From: an uncultured Deinococcales bacterium
GTDB taxonomy: Bacteria > Deinococcota > Deinococci > Deinococcales > JAAFIG01
Reading direction: 5' to 3'
Length of the DNA: 11,626 nt
Assembly: GCA_964247135.1 (NCBI GenBank)
Contig: CAXTTL010000154.1
Coordinates: 1 to 11,626, forward strand
The translations under genes and the position numbers were made by a program. Shown here one piece after another: positions 1 through 8,853 of this stretch; the first letter of the stretch is position 1; each line of letters starts with the position of its first letter. Below the pieces are notes generated by a model. That model was not told the DNA's origin. It searched no databases and worked only from the letters and a program-made list of their open reading frames with translations.

Positions 1-717
1 AATGCGTTTTGCCACCGTGAACGGCACGACGAATCCCACACCGGCGCTCGAGCCTGCCCCGCCGATGATGGCGGCGTTGATGCCCACCACTCGCCCTTGG
101 GCGTTCAAGAGTGGTCCGCCAGAATTGCCTGGGTTGATGGCGGTATCGGTTTGCAGCAAATGCACCAGCGTTAAACCTTCGGCGCTAAAAACGCGCTCTT
201 GCCCAGAAACAATGCCGCTCGAGAATGATCCTGGGGCGCGACCAAAGGGGTTGCCGATGGCGTAGACGCTCGCGCCGATTTCTGGAAGTTCTGACGCCCA
301 CTCGAGTTTGCTTGAAGGTGCATCGGTTTTGAGCACGGCGATGTCGGTGAGGGTGTCACTGCCAATCACTTGTGCGATTTTGGCTTTTTGATCTGGTTTC
401 TCGAGGGTACGGTTGGAATCTTCGAGCATCACTTCCCGCGCACCTGCGATCACGTGGGCGCTGGTGACAAAATAACCGTTTCCAATGTGAAATGCCGTGC
501 CGACCCCTCGGGCTTCCAAGTCGTCAAGGCGTGCCAGGTCGGTTCTGACGGTCATGACGGCGGGTTTGGCGCGTTTGTAAATTCCCGAGGCGCCCACTTG
601 GCTCGAGGCTGAAATCTGGGCATTTGGGGCGCTGCCCGAGCTTGGTTTGAGGTTGAGGTATATTGCCGCAATCCCGAGCAAAACGCCAAGAACGGCTACC
701 GACCAGAGTGCTCTCAT
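1..717 (-). CDS. HtrA/DegP-like trypsin-type serine protease (S1C), membrane-anchored; 3' end truncated by the window edge
   Basis: Not in the ORF track because it has no stop in the window. Manual translation from ATG at 717 gives MRALWSVAVLGVLLGIAAIYLN (TM/signal)...GVGTAF...VTSAHV (His)...TDIAVLK (Asp)...AIGNPFG...LQTDTAINPGNSGGPLLNAQGRVVGIN (Ser). The start overlaps the upstream stop as ATGA (717-714). Confidence 0.93.
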   Translation of the reverse strand, partial: MRALWSVAVLGVLLGIAAIYLNLKPSSGSAPNAQISASSQVGASGIYKRAKPAVMTVRTDLARLDDLEARGVGTAFHIGNGYFVTSAHVIAGAREVMLEDSNRTLEKPDQKAKIAQVIGSDTLTDIAVLKTDAPSSKLEWASELPEIGASVYAIGNPFGRAPGSFSSGIVSGQERVFSAEGLTLVHLLQTDTAINPGNSGGPLLNAQGRVVGINAAIIGGAGSSAGVGFVVPFTVAKRI

Positions 718-1658
718 TGGTTGTTCCGCAATTCGTTTAAGGCAGCCGAATCTTTTGGGTCAATACCGTACAGCAGTGCCAAGTAATAACCGACCCACGC
801 TCCGAAGTACCACAAACCCAGTTGTTGCGCGTACAGTTCGGTGTTTGGGGCTGGGACTTGAATCACCTCGTCAACTCGAGATTCCAACACCTCTTGCATA
901 AACTCCAAAGCCTCGTCGCTGCCGCCGAGCAGCAATGCCACCAACGAATCGCCGGTTTCGTGGCGGGCTTCAAAGCCACTGGCAATAATGGTCAACGGAT
1001 TGCGTTCTATCGGGATGCTCATGGATTTACCGAGGCGCGAAAGCAGGACTTGCCACGCCCAAATCTGACTTTGAAATTTCGTGCCAGCCAGCAACATCGG
1101 TGTGCGCGTCCAGAGTTTCCAAGCCAGCTCTTTGGCGGGATTGGTGTCTGAATGCACCTGGGTTTTGCAACGTTCTCGCAAATCCTCCAAGACATGTTCG
1201 GCGGCTTGGGCACTGCTGGCACGACCACAGGCATAACTGAGTGCCTGCAAATAGCTGTAACTCGAGAGTGGCGAAATCGGAATCAAATGCTCGAGGTTCT
1301 CGAGTGCATCGCTGAATTTTAAGGTCAAGCCCTTCTCATCGCGGGTGACTCGAGATGCTTTGGTGCCAATGCCCATACGGTAAAGGTTGGCGCCTGTGGC
1401 TTCGGCTAAAATCATGCCCGCGTCGGCTTCGCCAAAGTCCAGCCCTCCAAGCAGCACAAATTGCGTGCCGCCTGCCACAATCGAGGCATCAATCCAATCT
1501 CGAGAAACTTCCGCAGCCCAAGCGCCCTCGCCGAAACCAATCACGCCGTAAGGTCCAGGCAAGACCTTTGTGGGTCCAGCATAAGACCCTGGCAAGCCTT
1601 CGAGCGTTTGCGCAAGTCGGACGGTGTCAAGTTCATAACGTTCAGAGGAGTCAAGCAC
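714..1658 (-). CDS. SIS-domain protein, degenerate phosphoglucose/phosphomannose isomerase (PGI/PMI)-like, Deinococcota type
   Basis: 314 aa with GTG start. C-terminal motifs NPAKELAWKL, EARHETGD and WVGYYLALLYGIDP match the PGI/PMI C-terminal SIS pattern. The N-terminal loop reads GFGEGA instead of GMGGS. Resemblance to a Thermus G6P-isomerase-like protein is recalled from memory, not searched. Confidence 0.75.
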   Translation of the reverse strand: MLDSSERYELDTVRLAQTLEGLPGSYAGPTKVLPGPYGVIGFGEGAWAAEVSRDWIDASIVAGGTQFVLLGGLDFGEADAGMILAEATGANLYRMGIGTKASRVTRDEKGLTLKFSDALENLEHLIPISPLSSYSYLQALSYACGRASSAQAAEHVLEDLRERCKTQVHSDTNPAKELAWKLWTRTPMLLAGTKFQSQIWAWQVLLSRLGKSMSIPIERNPLTIIASGFEARHETGDSLVALLLGGSDEALEFMQEVLESRVDEVIQVPAPNTELYAQQLGLWYFGAWVGYYLALLYGIDPKDSAALNELRNNQ

Positions 1659-1664
1659 GCTTTT

Positions 1665-1670
1665 AGTTTA
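1665..1670 (-). promoter_or_regulatory. Putative -10 element TAAACT of a leaderless promoter for the SIS-htrA pair
   Basis: Minus strand reads TAAACT-AAAAGC-GTG, a TANNNT 6 nt before the start codon, with no Shine-Dalgarno sequence. Confidence 0.6.
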
Positions 1671-1685
1671 TACAATTTAGGGGTG

Positions 1686-1718
1686 ACAACAAAAATCACG
1701 GCTCGAGTTGCGCCGTGA
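1686..1718 (-). terminator. Intrinsic terminator after the receiver-domain gene
   Basis: Minus strand TCACGGC-GCAACTCGA-GCCGTGA (7-bp stem, arms 1696-1702 and 1712-1718) followed by TTTTTGTTGT, about 20 nt after the stop at 1739. Confidence 0.7.
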
Positions 1719-1738
1719 GGTCAGCATTACCATTTAAA

Positions 1739-2152
1739 TTAGGCGGCGCTTTCAATCGTTGAACTCTTAAAATTCTCGAGTAAGCCCAGCAATTGCGACG
1801 GGCGAAACGGCTTGGTGATAAAATTCATGTTGTTTCGCGCCCCCTTGCGACGGTCTTTTAAACCGCTGGGCGTGGTCAACAAGATCAGCGGCACGCCTTT
1901 GGTTTTTTCGGCGTGAAACAAGCGTGCCGCCATGTCAAAACCGTCCATGTCACCCATCATGATGTCAAAAATAATCGCAAAAGGCTTTTCTTCGCCCCAG
2001 GCAAGGCTGATGCCCTCGACGCCGCTGGCGGCGGTTTGCACACGGTAACCCGCTTGGGACACCATCAACTCGAGCGATTCACGGACCGTGGGGTCATCGT
2101 CTACGATCAAGACCAATTTTTGGTTTTTCTCGAGCTTGGCGAATTCATTCAT
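1739..2152 (-). CDS. Single-domain response regulator (CheY-like receiver)
   Basis: 137 aa. Acidic pocket VLIVDDD, phospho-Asp in IIFDIMMGDMDG, Thr in LILLTT and Lys in FITKPF. No output domain. Confidence 0.92.
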   Translation of the reverse strand: MNEFAKLEKNQKLVLIVDDDPTVRESLELMVSQAGYRVQTAASGVEGISLAWGEEKPFAIIFDIMMGDMDGFDMAARLFHAEKTKGVPLILLTTPSGLKDRRKGARNNMNFITKPFRPSQLLGLLENFKSSTIESAA

Positions 2153-2169
2153 GCACGTTTAGGTTACCC

Positions 2170-2202
2170 AAAAAAAAACGAGAGGCTTGGTAAAAAGCCT
2201 CT
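2170..2202 (-). terminator. Intrinsic terminator after the LysM/M23 gene
   Basis: 8-bp inverted repeat AGAGGCTT (2181-2188) / AAGCCTCT (2195-2202) with a 6-nt loop, followed on the minus strand by CG and T9 (A-run 2170-2178). Confidence 0.75.
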
Positions 2203-2256
2203 TTGCCCTTATGGATTTTATCATGGAGTACAAATAAAGCTGGAAATCATCATACT

Positions 2257-3561
2257 TTACGGTAAATAAACCAAAGGATTGATCGGTGTTCCGTATCGCT
2301 GCACTTCAAAATGCAAGTGCGGACCGGTGCAAATTCCCGAGCAGCCCTCGTAACCGATGATCTGCCCTCGAGCCACCACCGCACCCGCACCCACGGCAAT
2401 TCGGCTCATGTGACCGTAAATGTTGACAATTCCATTGCCGACCGCAATCCGAATGTTGAGACCAAAATAACCGTAGCCTGCCTCGATGATTGTGCCCGTG
2501 TGCGCCGCACGAATCGGGGCGCCGTAACCTGCGGCAATGTCCAAACCGGTGTGAAAGTTACTCGAGCCAATCCACAAACCTCGCCGCCCAAAGCCCGAGG
2601 TGATCGAACCCTGAAGGGGCCAAATGTAACCGCCACCGTAAGACGGCATTGGATGGTAATCGGGTTGGACTTTGGCACGCTCTACCCGTGCTGGCGTGCT
2701 GATTTGCGCTCGAAGCAGAATTCTGGCTTGCGTCTTGGCTTGCGCCGCCTGTTCTGCCAGCTTGGCTCGGGCTTCACGAATGTGCTGTTTTGCCAGAATC
2801 TCGCGCTCTTTGGCGTACTCGAACGCCAGTTGCCGCCTGATCTCGAGTTCGGCGGCGCGACGCTGCTCGAGGCGTTTGAGCGCATTTTGCGGCGTGATTC
2901 CAGGCAGCAAGACACGGTCCCCCGTGCTGGCGTTCATCAGGTAATCGAGCGTGTTGACTTGGGTCATCTTGAGGGCGTCCACGCCGTATTGGTCGGCAAG
3001 CTCGAGCGGCAACTGACCGGTTTTGAGTGCCAGCAGCACACCGCCGCCATTGGTCGGAATCAGGAGCACCTGCCCAACCCGAATCTGATCGAGGCTGCGC
3101 AAGTCAGGGTTCGCGCCGATCAAATCCACGGCGCTGACGCCGAAGCGGTTGTGAATCGTACTGAACGCCTCACCGCGACGAACCGTGTGGCGCACGACGC
3201 CTGGCGGTAAGCTTGCGGCTCGAGCTTGAAGCTTTAATTCCTCGAGGATCGGAATTTTTAAGGTCGCACCAGGACGCAGTTGGTCCAGGCTCATGGCATT
3301 CTCGAGTTTGATGGCTCGAGACGAAATGTCAAAACGGTTCGCAAGGCTCGACAAGGTATCGCCAGCCCGAACTTTGGTGTAGACCACCGCTTTGGTTATT
3401 TTGGGACGCTCGAGCGTCACGGTTTTGCGAGCTGGGGCGGGAACGATATCCCAGAGGTACTTCTCGAGGTGGAAACCAGTTTGGGCTTGAAAACTTGCCG
3501 CCTGAGCGAACGAAAAACCTGTTGTGACCAGCGCAAGAACAGCTTTTTGAATTGCCTTCAT
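2257..3561 (-). CDS. LysM-repeat M23 family peptidoglycan DD-metalloendopeptidase
   Basis: 434 aa. Signal peptide ending AQA. LysM repeats VRAGDTLSSLANRF...LKIP and HTVRRGEAFSTIHNRF...LLIP plus a degenerate third. Ala/Glu/Arg coiled-coil linker. M23 domain with WPLQGSITSGFG, HTGLD (HxxxD), YGHMS and GPHLHFEV (HxH). RBS AAGGA upstream. Confidence 0.93.
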   Translation of the reverse strand: MKAIQKAVLALVTTGFSFAQAASFQAQTGFHLEKYLWDIVPAPARKTVTLERPKITKAVVYTKVRAGDTLSSLANRFDISSRAIKLENAMSLDQLRPGATLKIPILEELKLQARAASLPPGVVRHTVRRGEAFSTIHNRFGVSAVDLIGANPDLRSLDQIRVGQVLLIPTNGGGVLLALKTGQLPLELADQYGVDALKMTQVNTLDYLMNASTGDRVLLPGITPQNALKRLEQRRAAELEIRRQLAFEYAKEREILAKQHIREARAKLAEQAAQAKTQARILLRAQISTPARVERAKVQPDYHPMPSYGGGYIWPLQGSITSGFGRRGLWIGSSNFHTGLDIAAGYGAPIRAAHTGTIIEAGYGYFGLNIRIAVGNGIVNIYGHMSRIAVGAGAVVARGQIIGYEGCSGICTGPHLHFEVQRYGTPINPLVYLP

Positions 3562-3596
3562 TTGATTCCTTGAGACATGTTCAGTTTCCCTTTCGA

Positions 3597-3626
3597 GTTC
3601 AGCCTGGGTTCAGCTTGGGTTCAGGT
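3597..3626. repeat. Three 11-bp-period direct repeats (GTTCAGCYTGG) upstream of the M23 gene; candidate operator
   Basis: GTTCAGCCTGG GTTCAGCTTGG GTTCAGGT, with GTTCAG at 3597, 3608 and 3619 and a further copy at 3579. Confidence 0.6.
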
Positions 3627-3673
3627 GAAAGCCAAGGCAACTCTAAGTTTTAAAGACGCTTAAAGTCAAATTT

Positions 3674-4921
3674 TTAACCGGCAGCCAAGGTGGAAAGGAA
3701 CTCTTTGTTCGATTTGGAACGTCCCAGACGTTGAAGCAGCATTTCCATCGCCTCGGCGGGGTCCATGTCGGAAATGACTTTTCGCAGCAGCCACATTTTA
3801 TGCAGGGTTTCGTCGCCCAACAAGAGTTCTTCACGGCGAGTGCCCGATTTTAAAATGTCAATTGCCGGAAAAATACGACGCTCCTCGAGCCGTCTGGAAA
3901 GGTGCAATTCCATGTTGCCCGTGCCTTTAAACTCCTCGAAAATCACGTCGTCCATCCTCGAGCCGGTTTCGACCAGGGCAGTCGCCAGAATGGTCAGCGA
4001 ACCGCCGCCGCGAATGTTGCGGGCAGCGCCGAGGAAGCGCTTGGGCCAGTACAGCGCGTTGGAGTCCAGACCGCCCGACAGCGTGCGCCCTGTGGCGGGC
4101 GTAACCAAATTGTTGGCTCGAGCCAGGCGCGTGATGCTGTCCAGCAAAATCACCACATGTCCGCCCTCTTCAACGATGCGCCGCGCCCGTTCGTGGGCAA
4201 ATTCGGCGACGCGCACATGGTTGGCGGGCGGCTCATCGAAAGTTGAGGCGATCACTTCCGCGCCTGTCACGCTCTCGCGGAAATCGGTGACCTCCTCGGG
4301 GCGTTCATCGACCAGCAGCACGATCACCTTGATGTCGGGTTCGTTGGCGGTGATCGCGTTGGCAATGCGTTTGAGTAAAGTCGTTTTGCCCGCTTTTGGC
4401 GGCGCGACAATCAGTCCCCGCTGACCGCGACCGATTGGCGCGAGCAAGTCCACCACCCTGGTCGAGAGCACATCGGGCAGCGTCTCGAGCTTGATTTGCG
4501 TGTCTGGATGCTCTGGAGTCAAATCGTCAAACTTGGGTCGGGATACCGCGTTGGTCGGGTCTTGCGAATTGACCGCTTCGATTTTGGTCATGGCGTTAAA
4601 GCGTTCGTTCTCTCGGCTCGGACGCGCCGTACCGACGATAAAATCGCCGGTGCGCAACTGAAACTCTTTGATCAGACCCGCCGAGACGATCACACTGCGC
4701 GATTCGGGCGTCAGCAAAGAGTCCTGCAAGAACCCGTAACCGTCCTCAGAAATCTCGAGGTAGCCCTGCGCCAGGGATTGACCCTCACCCTCGGCATTTT
4801 TCGCCAGGATCGCCAAGACCAGCGCATCACGGCTCAGTTCCTTTGGATTTTCGACCCCAGCCTTACCCGCCATCAGGTGCAATTCTGCAAGAAGTTTATG
4901 TTGAAGCTCGAGAAACGTCAT
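3674..4921 (-). CDS. rho: Transcription termination factor Rho
   Basis: 415 aa. GYLEISEDGYGFL RNA-binding motif, PIGRGQRGLIVAPPKAGKTTL Walker A, DERPEEVT, LLDSITRLARA, FEEFKGTGNMEL and SGTRREELLL. Confidence 0.99.
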   Translation of the reverse strand: MTFLELQHKLLAELHLMAGKAGVENPKELSRDALVLAILAKNAEGEGQSLAQGYLEISEDGYGFLQDSLLTPESRSVIVSAGLIKEFQLRTGDFIVGTARPSRENERFNAMTKIEAVNSQDPTNAVSRPKFDDLTPEHPDTQIKLETLPDVLSTRVVDLLAPIGRGQRGLIVAPPKAGKTTLLKRIANAITANEPDIKVIVLLVDERPEEVTDFRESVTGAEVIASTFDEPPANHVRVAEFAHERARRIVEEGGHVVILLDSITRLARANNLVTPATGRTLSGGLDSNALYWPKRFLGAARNIRGGGSLTILATALVETGSRMDDVIFEEFKGTGNMELHLSRRLEERRIFPAIDILKSGTRREELLLGDETLHKMWLLRKVISDMDPAEAMEMLLQRLGRSKSNKEFLSTLAAG

Positions 4922-4943
4922 GTACGACCCCTAAATGATGTTG

Positions 4944-5585
4944 TTATTTGAATTTTTTGGCGTCCGCCATGAACTTCTCGATGCCCGCATCGGTCAGCGG
5001 GTGCTTGACCAGCATTTGAAAGACCTTGGCTGGCATGGTCGCAATGTGCGCGCCCGCTTTGGCAGCCTCGAGCACGTGCACGGGATGGCGAATGCTGGCA
5101 GCGATAATGTTGGTTTTCAGGTCGTGCGTGTCCAAAATTAACCGAATATCACGAATAAGCTGCATCCCGTCCCAGGAAATATCATCGACCCGACCCAAAA
5201 ACGGTGAAACATAAGTCGCACCCGCTCGAGCCGCCAAAATCGCCTGGTTGGCGCTGAAGCACAGCGTCAAATTGGTTGGGATGCCCTGTGATGTTAAGGC
5301 TTTGCAAGCCGCCAAACCGTCGGGCGTGATCGGCAACTTCACCACCACATGATCCGAAATTTTGCGAAGCTCGAGTCCCTGCGCGATCATTTCGTCTTTC
5401 ACCAAGCTGGTGACTTCGGCAGAGACCGGACCTTGTACAATACCGACCATTTCTTTGATCACATCTTCAAACTTGCGCCCACTGGCAGCAATTAGACTGG
5501 GGTTGGTGGTCAAACCAGAAACCACACCCCAAGCAGCAATTTCACGAACTTCATCGACGATGGCGGTGTCCAAGTAAAGGTGCAT
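4944..5585 (-). CDS. tal: Transaldolase (short FSA/TalC family)
   Basis: 213 aa from ATG 5585 (MHLYLDTA), preceded by RBS GGAGGA. Motifs [14 protein letters not shown] (Schiff-base Lys), NLTLCFS and AASIR. SAEV (Glu) and SPFLGR (Phe) are the residues typical of transaldolase rather than F6P aldolase (Gln/Tyr). Confidence 0.93.
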   Translation of the reverse strand: MHLYLDTAIVDEVREIAAWGVVSGLTTNPSLIAASGRKFEDVIKEMVGIVQGPVSAEVTSLVKDEMIAQGLELRKISDHVVVKLPITPDGLAACKALTSQGIPTNLTLCFSANQAILAARAGATYVSPFLGRVDDISWDGMQLIRDIRLILDTHDLKTNIIAASIRHPVHVLEAAKAGAHIATMPAKVFQMLVKHPLTDAGIEKFMADAKKFK

Positions 5586-5799
5586 AATTCCTCCAAAAAG
5601 CAAAAAATAGAACTTGCCGCGATTCAATTCTCAACCTCGAGTTTCGCGGGATGTCTTAGTTTGCGCTAAAACCACCCGATTGCGCAAGGTACAAAGTTCG
5701 AGAAACACAGAACTCAGTCAGAAACACCTCGAGTTTGGTCTGAAGGATTTTTCTCAATATCAACGCAACGACTTCCTCGAGTGACAATTTAAGCTTCAG

Positions 5800-8700
5800 T
5801 CAACCTGCTTTTATGCGCAGGGCTACGAATTGCTCCAAGGCTTGGGGTGATCCCTTGTGGTTCAAGGCAAAGGCAATGACCTGCTCGAGAGGAGCGGCAC
5901 GTCCAGACTCATGACTGCTGATCCATTTGTCCATCGTGAGTGCCTGTTGGGTTTCTCGAACGAGACGCTCGTGGATTGGGCGACGCAGTGGCGAGAGCGG
6001 CAAACCGATGAGGCTACGAAGTGCTTCGGACGCGCCCAACAGCCAAATCGCCTTTTGGGGTTCAAATTCTTGCAGTGCCAGTGCCGCAAATCCCTCAATC
6101 CCCTGTGCGATCAGCCAGCGTGGTCCGTACTGTCTGGTCGCCGTCAGTGATTCGGTCAATGCACTTCTGGCTTGCTCGAGGTCATGGCGTGCCAGGGCGA
6201 TCAGGGCAAGACTGGAGAGGGATTCGGCACTCGGAGCGCCACCCCAGAGGGTGCGTGCTTTGGCAACGCTTTCCAAAGAAAGTGCTTGCGCGTGCTCGAG
6301 GTCGCCTTGCACGTAGGCAGCCAGCGCAAGGTTGTTGAGTGCAAATGCCACGCCCCAAGCTTCGCCAAGGTCTTCAAACAACACAATGCTTTCTTGAGCC
6401 AAGGCTTGGCAGCGCGTGGCATGGGCTTGTTCGCGGGCAATGTCACTTTGCCCGAGCAATGTGGCAGCCATCCCGCCGCGATCACCAAGTTCTTGATGCA
6501 ATCTCAGGCTTTCCTCGAGCAGACTTTCGGCTCTGGCATACTGTCCCTGTTCACACAACACCAAAGCCAACCTCGAGAGTGAGAGTCCAAGCCCGTCTTG
6601 TCCGATGCTCTGGTGGTTTCCAGCCTCGCGTTGCCTTGACAAACTTTGCTCGAGCAGGCTTGTTGCACGGGCATAATCGCCTTCGGAACGTGCCAGCATC
6701 GCCTCGTTGACCAGGGCGGCTTCCAGTCCAGCCGTTTCGCCCATTTCACGTCTTAAGCTGGCGCTTTCCTGAAAAAAACTGGTCGCAAGTGCAAAATCAT
6801 CACGGGCATGAGCCAACCATGCCGCGCCCGTCAATGCCGTAGCACGCACCGCCAAGGGAACTCGCTGCGTGCTTGTAACCTCGAGTTTAAGCAGACCCTC
6901 GAGCCATTCGCTGCCTTCAACCAAATGACCGCGAATCATCCAGTAATTTTTGAGCGCCCCAGCGAGTTGTAAACCGATTTCGCAATTGCCGTTGTGGTAT
7001 GCCCACTCGAGCGCCACATGGAAGTTCTGGTGATCCAATCCGAGCCTGGAAAGCCAGAGCGCTTTGCTGATCCCGTACAATTCTGAAGCCGCCGTTTGAG
7101 CCAAGGCAAGAAAGAACTGGGCGTGTTGAATTTGAGTCATTTGGCGCACTTCTGGCATAGTCTCGAGTTTCTGATACGCATGTTGGTGAATCAGTGCGTG
7201 TCGGTCATACCGCCCGTCAGCATTGACCCTCAAAAGTGATTTGTCCACCAATGATGTCAGCACCGCAATGGTGACGCCCGTGACCGCACTGGCAGCCTTA
7301 TGGTCAAAACCACCTTGAAAAACCGACAAACTTGCGAGTGCGAATTGTTCTTTGACCGTCAGCAAATTCCAAGAATATTCAAACACCGCCCTCAGGTTGC
7401 GGTGACGCTCCGTGATGTTTCTCGAGTTTGACTCGAGCAAATCAAAATTTTGTGTCAATTCCAAAGCCAATTGCGCGACTGACATGACCTTGACCCACGC
7501 CGCCGCAAGTTCGATTCCGAGCGGCATTCCGTCCACCAAACGACAAATCTTGAGGACACTTGGCAAATCGCTTTGGGTCAAATCAAAATCGATTCTGGCG
7601 CGTTTTGCACGCTGAATAAACAAGCGCACCGCATCGAAAGCTTCGGCATCAGCGAGGTTAACCTGATCGCTCGAGACTCGAAAACCCGAGAGCGGCAGCA
7701 CAAATTCTTCCTCAAGGTTCAGGCGTTCCCGAGAGGTCACGAGCAACATCAGATTTGGGCAACGCTCGAGCAGTTTGGAAATCATCAGTGCGCCGTCGGT
7801 CAGATGCTCGAAGTTGTCGAGCACCAACAAAATGCGATGATCGGCGATAGAAGTTTGCAGCACTTCGAGCGGGTCGGCACTGCCAAAGACTGCAACACCC
7901 AACGCGTCCAAAATGGCTCGAGGAATTTGAGCATTCGAGTTGAGCGTCTCGAGTGGCACAAAATGCAGACCGTTTTCAAACTGGTTTTCTTGCCGTTGAT
8001 CGTGCGCCAATTGCAACGCCAAACGGGTTTTGCCCACACCACCAGCACCCAGAATCGTCACCAACCTGACCTCAGAACCCGCAAGCAGATTTGCCAATTC
8101 AATCAATTCTGGATCACGCCCAACAAACGACGTTTTGGCGCTCGGGATTGGACGCATCGCAAACCGAGTGGCTTTTTGCTTGACCACCACAAAACGCGCT
8201 CGAGCTTCCAACGGCGTCAGGTTCAACTCGAGGTTAAATTCTCGAGCCTCACGTCGAACTTGTGCCGCCAAAACGCTATCGCCCGCCAGCAAAACCGCGT
8301 ACAACCGCTCGAGTTCTTCGGGTTCGGCAGATTTCGCACCCTGAACTTTGTACGCAGCCTCGGCGCGAGTTGCTGCCAGCCCATAATTCTGACTTGCCGC
8401 AAGTTGTTCCGCCTCGTACAACAACGCACCGCGCACCTGAGCCGCAATGGATTCTCGGGTCGCATACACCCATTCCTCGAGTTCGCTGCTCCAATCTGGC
8501 AGCACAAAGCCTTCCAGAAAAGCACCCGAATACAATGCCGCAACGTTTTGAAAATCACGATTTCGCACCGACTCGAGCAAATTCTGAACGTCGCTGGTCA
8601 AAGCAAAAGCCAACTTTTGCCCATCCTCGAGCACCGCGTTTTCCACACCTTGCCGAAGTTGCGTTAACGCCACCCGCAAACTCGAGGCGGGATTTGCGGC

Positions 8701-8841
8701 ATCAGACCAGAACAATTGTGCAATATGCCGCCGGTCTTTCGCACCCTCGAGCGCGAGGTACACCAGCAGCAACAACGGTTTTGGACGTTGAAAGGTGGTC
8801 GCAATGAGCTTTAATTCGCCCAGTGTTTTCAGGCGCACCAT
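5800..8841 (-). CDS. AfsR/SARP-like regulator: N-terminal wHTH/BTAD-like region, STAND (NB-ARC-like) ATPase and TPR repeats
   Basis: 1013 aa from ATG 8841 (MVRLKTLG). SARP-like N-terminus LLLLVYLALEG...LFW...SLRVALTQLRQ and ALYSGAFLEG...EEWV. FVGR motif, Walker A GAGGVGKT, Walker B LLVLDNFEH, LVTSRE, GMPLGIELAAA and RHRNLRAVFEYSW. C-terminal TPR repeats of the GDYARATSLLEQSL type. Confidence 0.9.
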   Translation of the reverse strand: MVRLKTLGELKLIATTFQRPKPLLLLVYLALEGAKDRRHIAQLFWSDAANPASSLRVALTQLRQGVENAVLEDGQKLAFALTSDVQNLLESVRNRDFQNVAALYSGAFLEGFVLPDWSSELEEWVYATRESIAAQVRGALLYEAEQLAASQNYGLAATRAEAAYKVQGAKSAEPEELERLYAVLLAGDSVLAAQVRREAREFNLELNLTPLEARARFVVVKQKATRFAMRPIPSAKTSFVGRDPELIELANLLAGSEVRLVTILGAGGVGKTRLALQLAHDQRQENQFENGLHFVPLETLNSNAQIPRAILDALGVAVFGSADPLEVLQTSIADHRILLVLDNFEHLTDGALMISKLLERCPNLMLLVTSRERLNLEEEFVLPLSGFRVSSDQVNLADAEAFDAVRLFIQRAKRARIDFDLTQSDLPSVLKICRLVDGMPLGIELAAAWVKVMSVAQLALELTQNFDLLESNSRNITERHRNLRAVFEYSWNLLTVKEQFALASLSVFQGGFDHKAASAVTGVTIAVLTSLVDKSLLRVNADGRYDRHALIHQHAYQKLETMPEVRQMTQIQHAQFFLALAQTAASELYGISKALWLSRLGLDHQNFHVALEWAYHNGNCEIGLQLAGALKNYWMIRGHLVEGSEWLEGLLKLEVTSTQRVPLAVRATALTGAAWLAHARDDFALATSFFQESASLRREMGETAGLEAALVNEAMLARSEGDYARATSLLEQSLSRQREAGNHQSIGQDGLGLSLSRLALVLCEQGQYARAESLLEESLRLHQELGDRGGMAATLLGQSDIAREQAHATRCQALAQESIVLFEDLGEAWGVAFALNNLALAAYVQGDLEHAQALSLESVAKARTLWGGAPSAESLSSLALIALARHDLEQARSALTESLTATRQYGPRWLIAQGIEGFAALALQEFEPQKAIWLLGASEALRSLIGLPLSPLRRPIHERLVRETQQALTMDKWISSHESGRAAPLEQVIAFALNHKGSPQALEQFVALRIKAG

Positions 8842-8847
8842 GAGGAC

Positions 8848-8853
8848 AGGGTA
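8848..8853 (-). promoter_or_regulatory. Putative -10 element TACCCT of a leaderless promoter for the STAND regulator
   Basis: Minus strand reads TACCCT-GTCCTC-ATG, with a 6-nt spacer and no SD sequence. Confidence 0.5.

Noticed and set aside
2311-3210. 299-aa plus-strand ORF
   Set aside because: Antisense shadow of the well-supported LysM/M23 gene, with no recognisable motifs.
3765-4951. Plus-strand ORFs opposite rho
   Set aside because: Shadows of a highly conserved gene.
5586-5627. Longer transaldolase start at 5627
   Set aside because: The extension reads through the GGAGGA RBS, and the family N-terminus matches MHLYLDTA at 5585.
5628-5799. Short repeats upstream of tal (TTGCGC...GCGCAA 5661-5687; AGAAACAC at 5701 and 5720; TCAGA...TCTGA around CTCGAG 5728)
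   Set aside because: Too short or imperfect to separate from chance, with no U-tract or recognisable ncRNA fold.
7573-8667. 364-aa plus-strand ORF and other short ORFs overlapping the STAND regulator
   Set aside because: Antisense or alternative-frame shadows with no domain signatures.
5800-8841. STAND protein as an Avs/NLR-type anti-phage effector
   Set aside because: The N-terminus is a SARP/BTAD-like transcription module. No nuclease, TIR, SIR2 or protease effector motif was seen.
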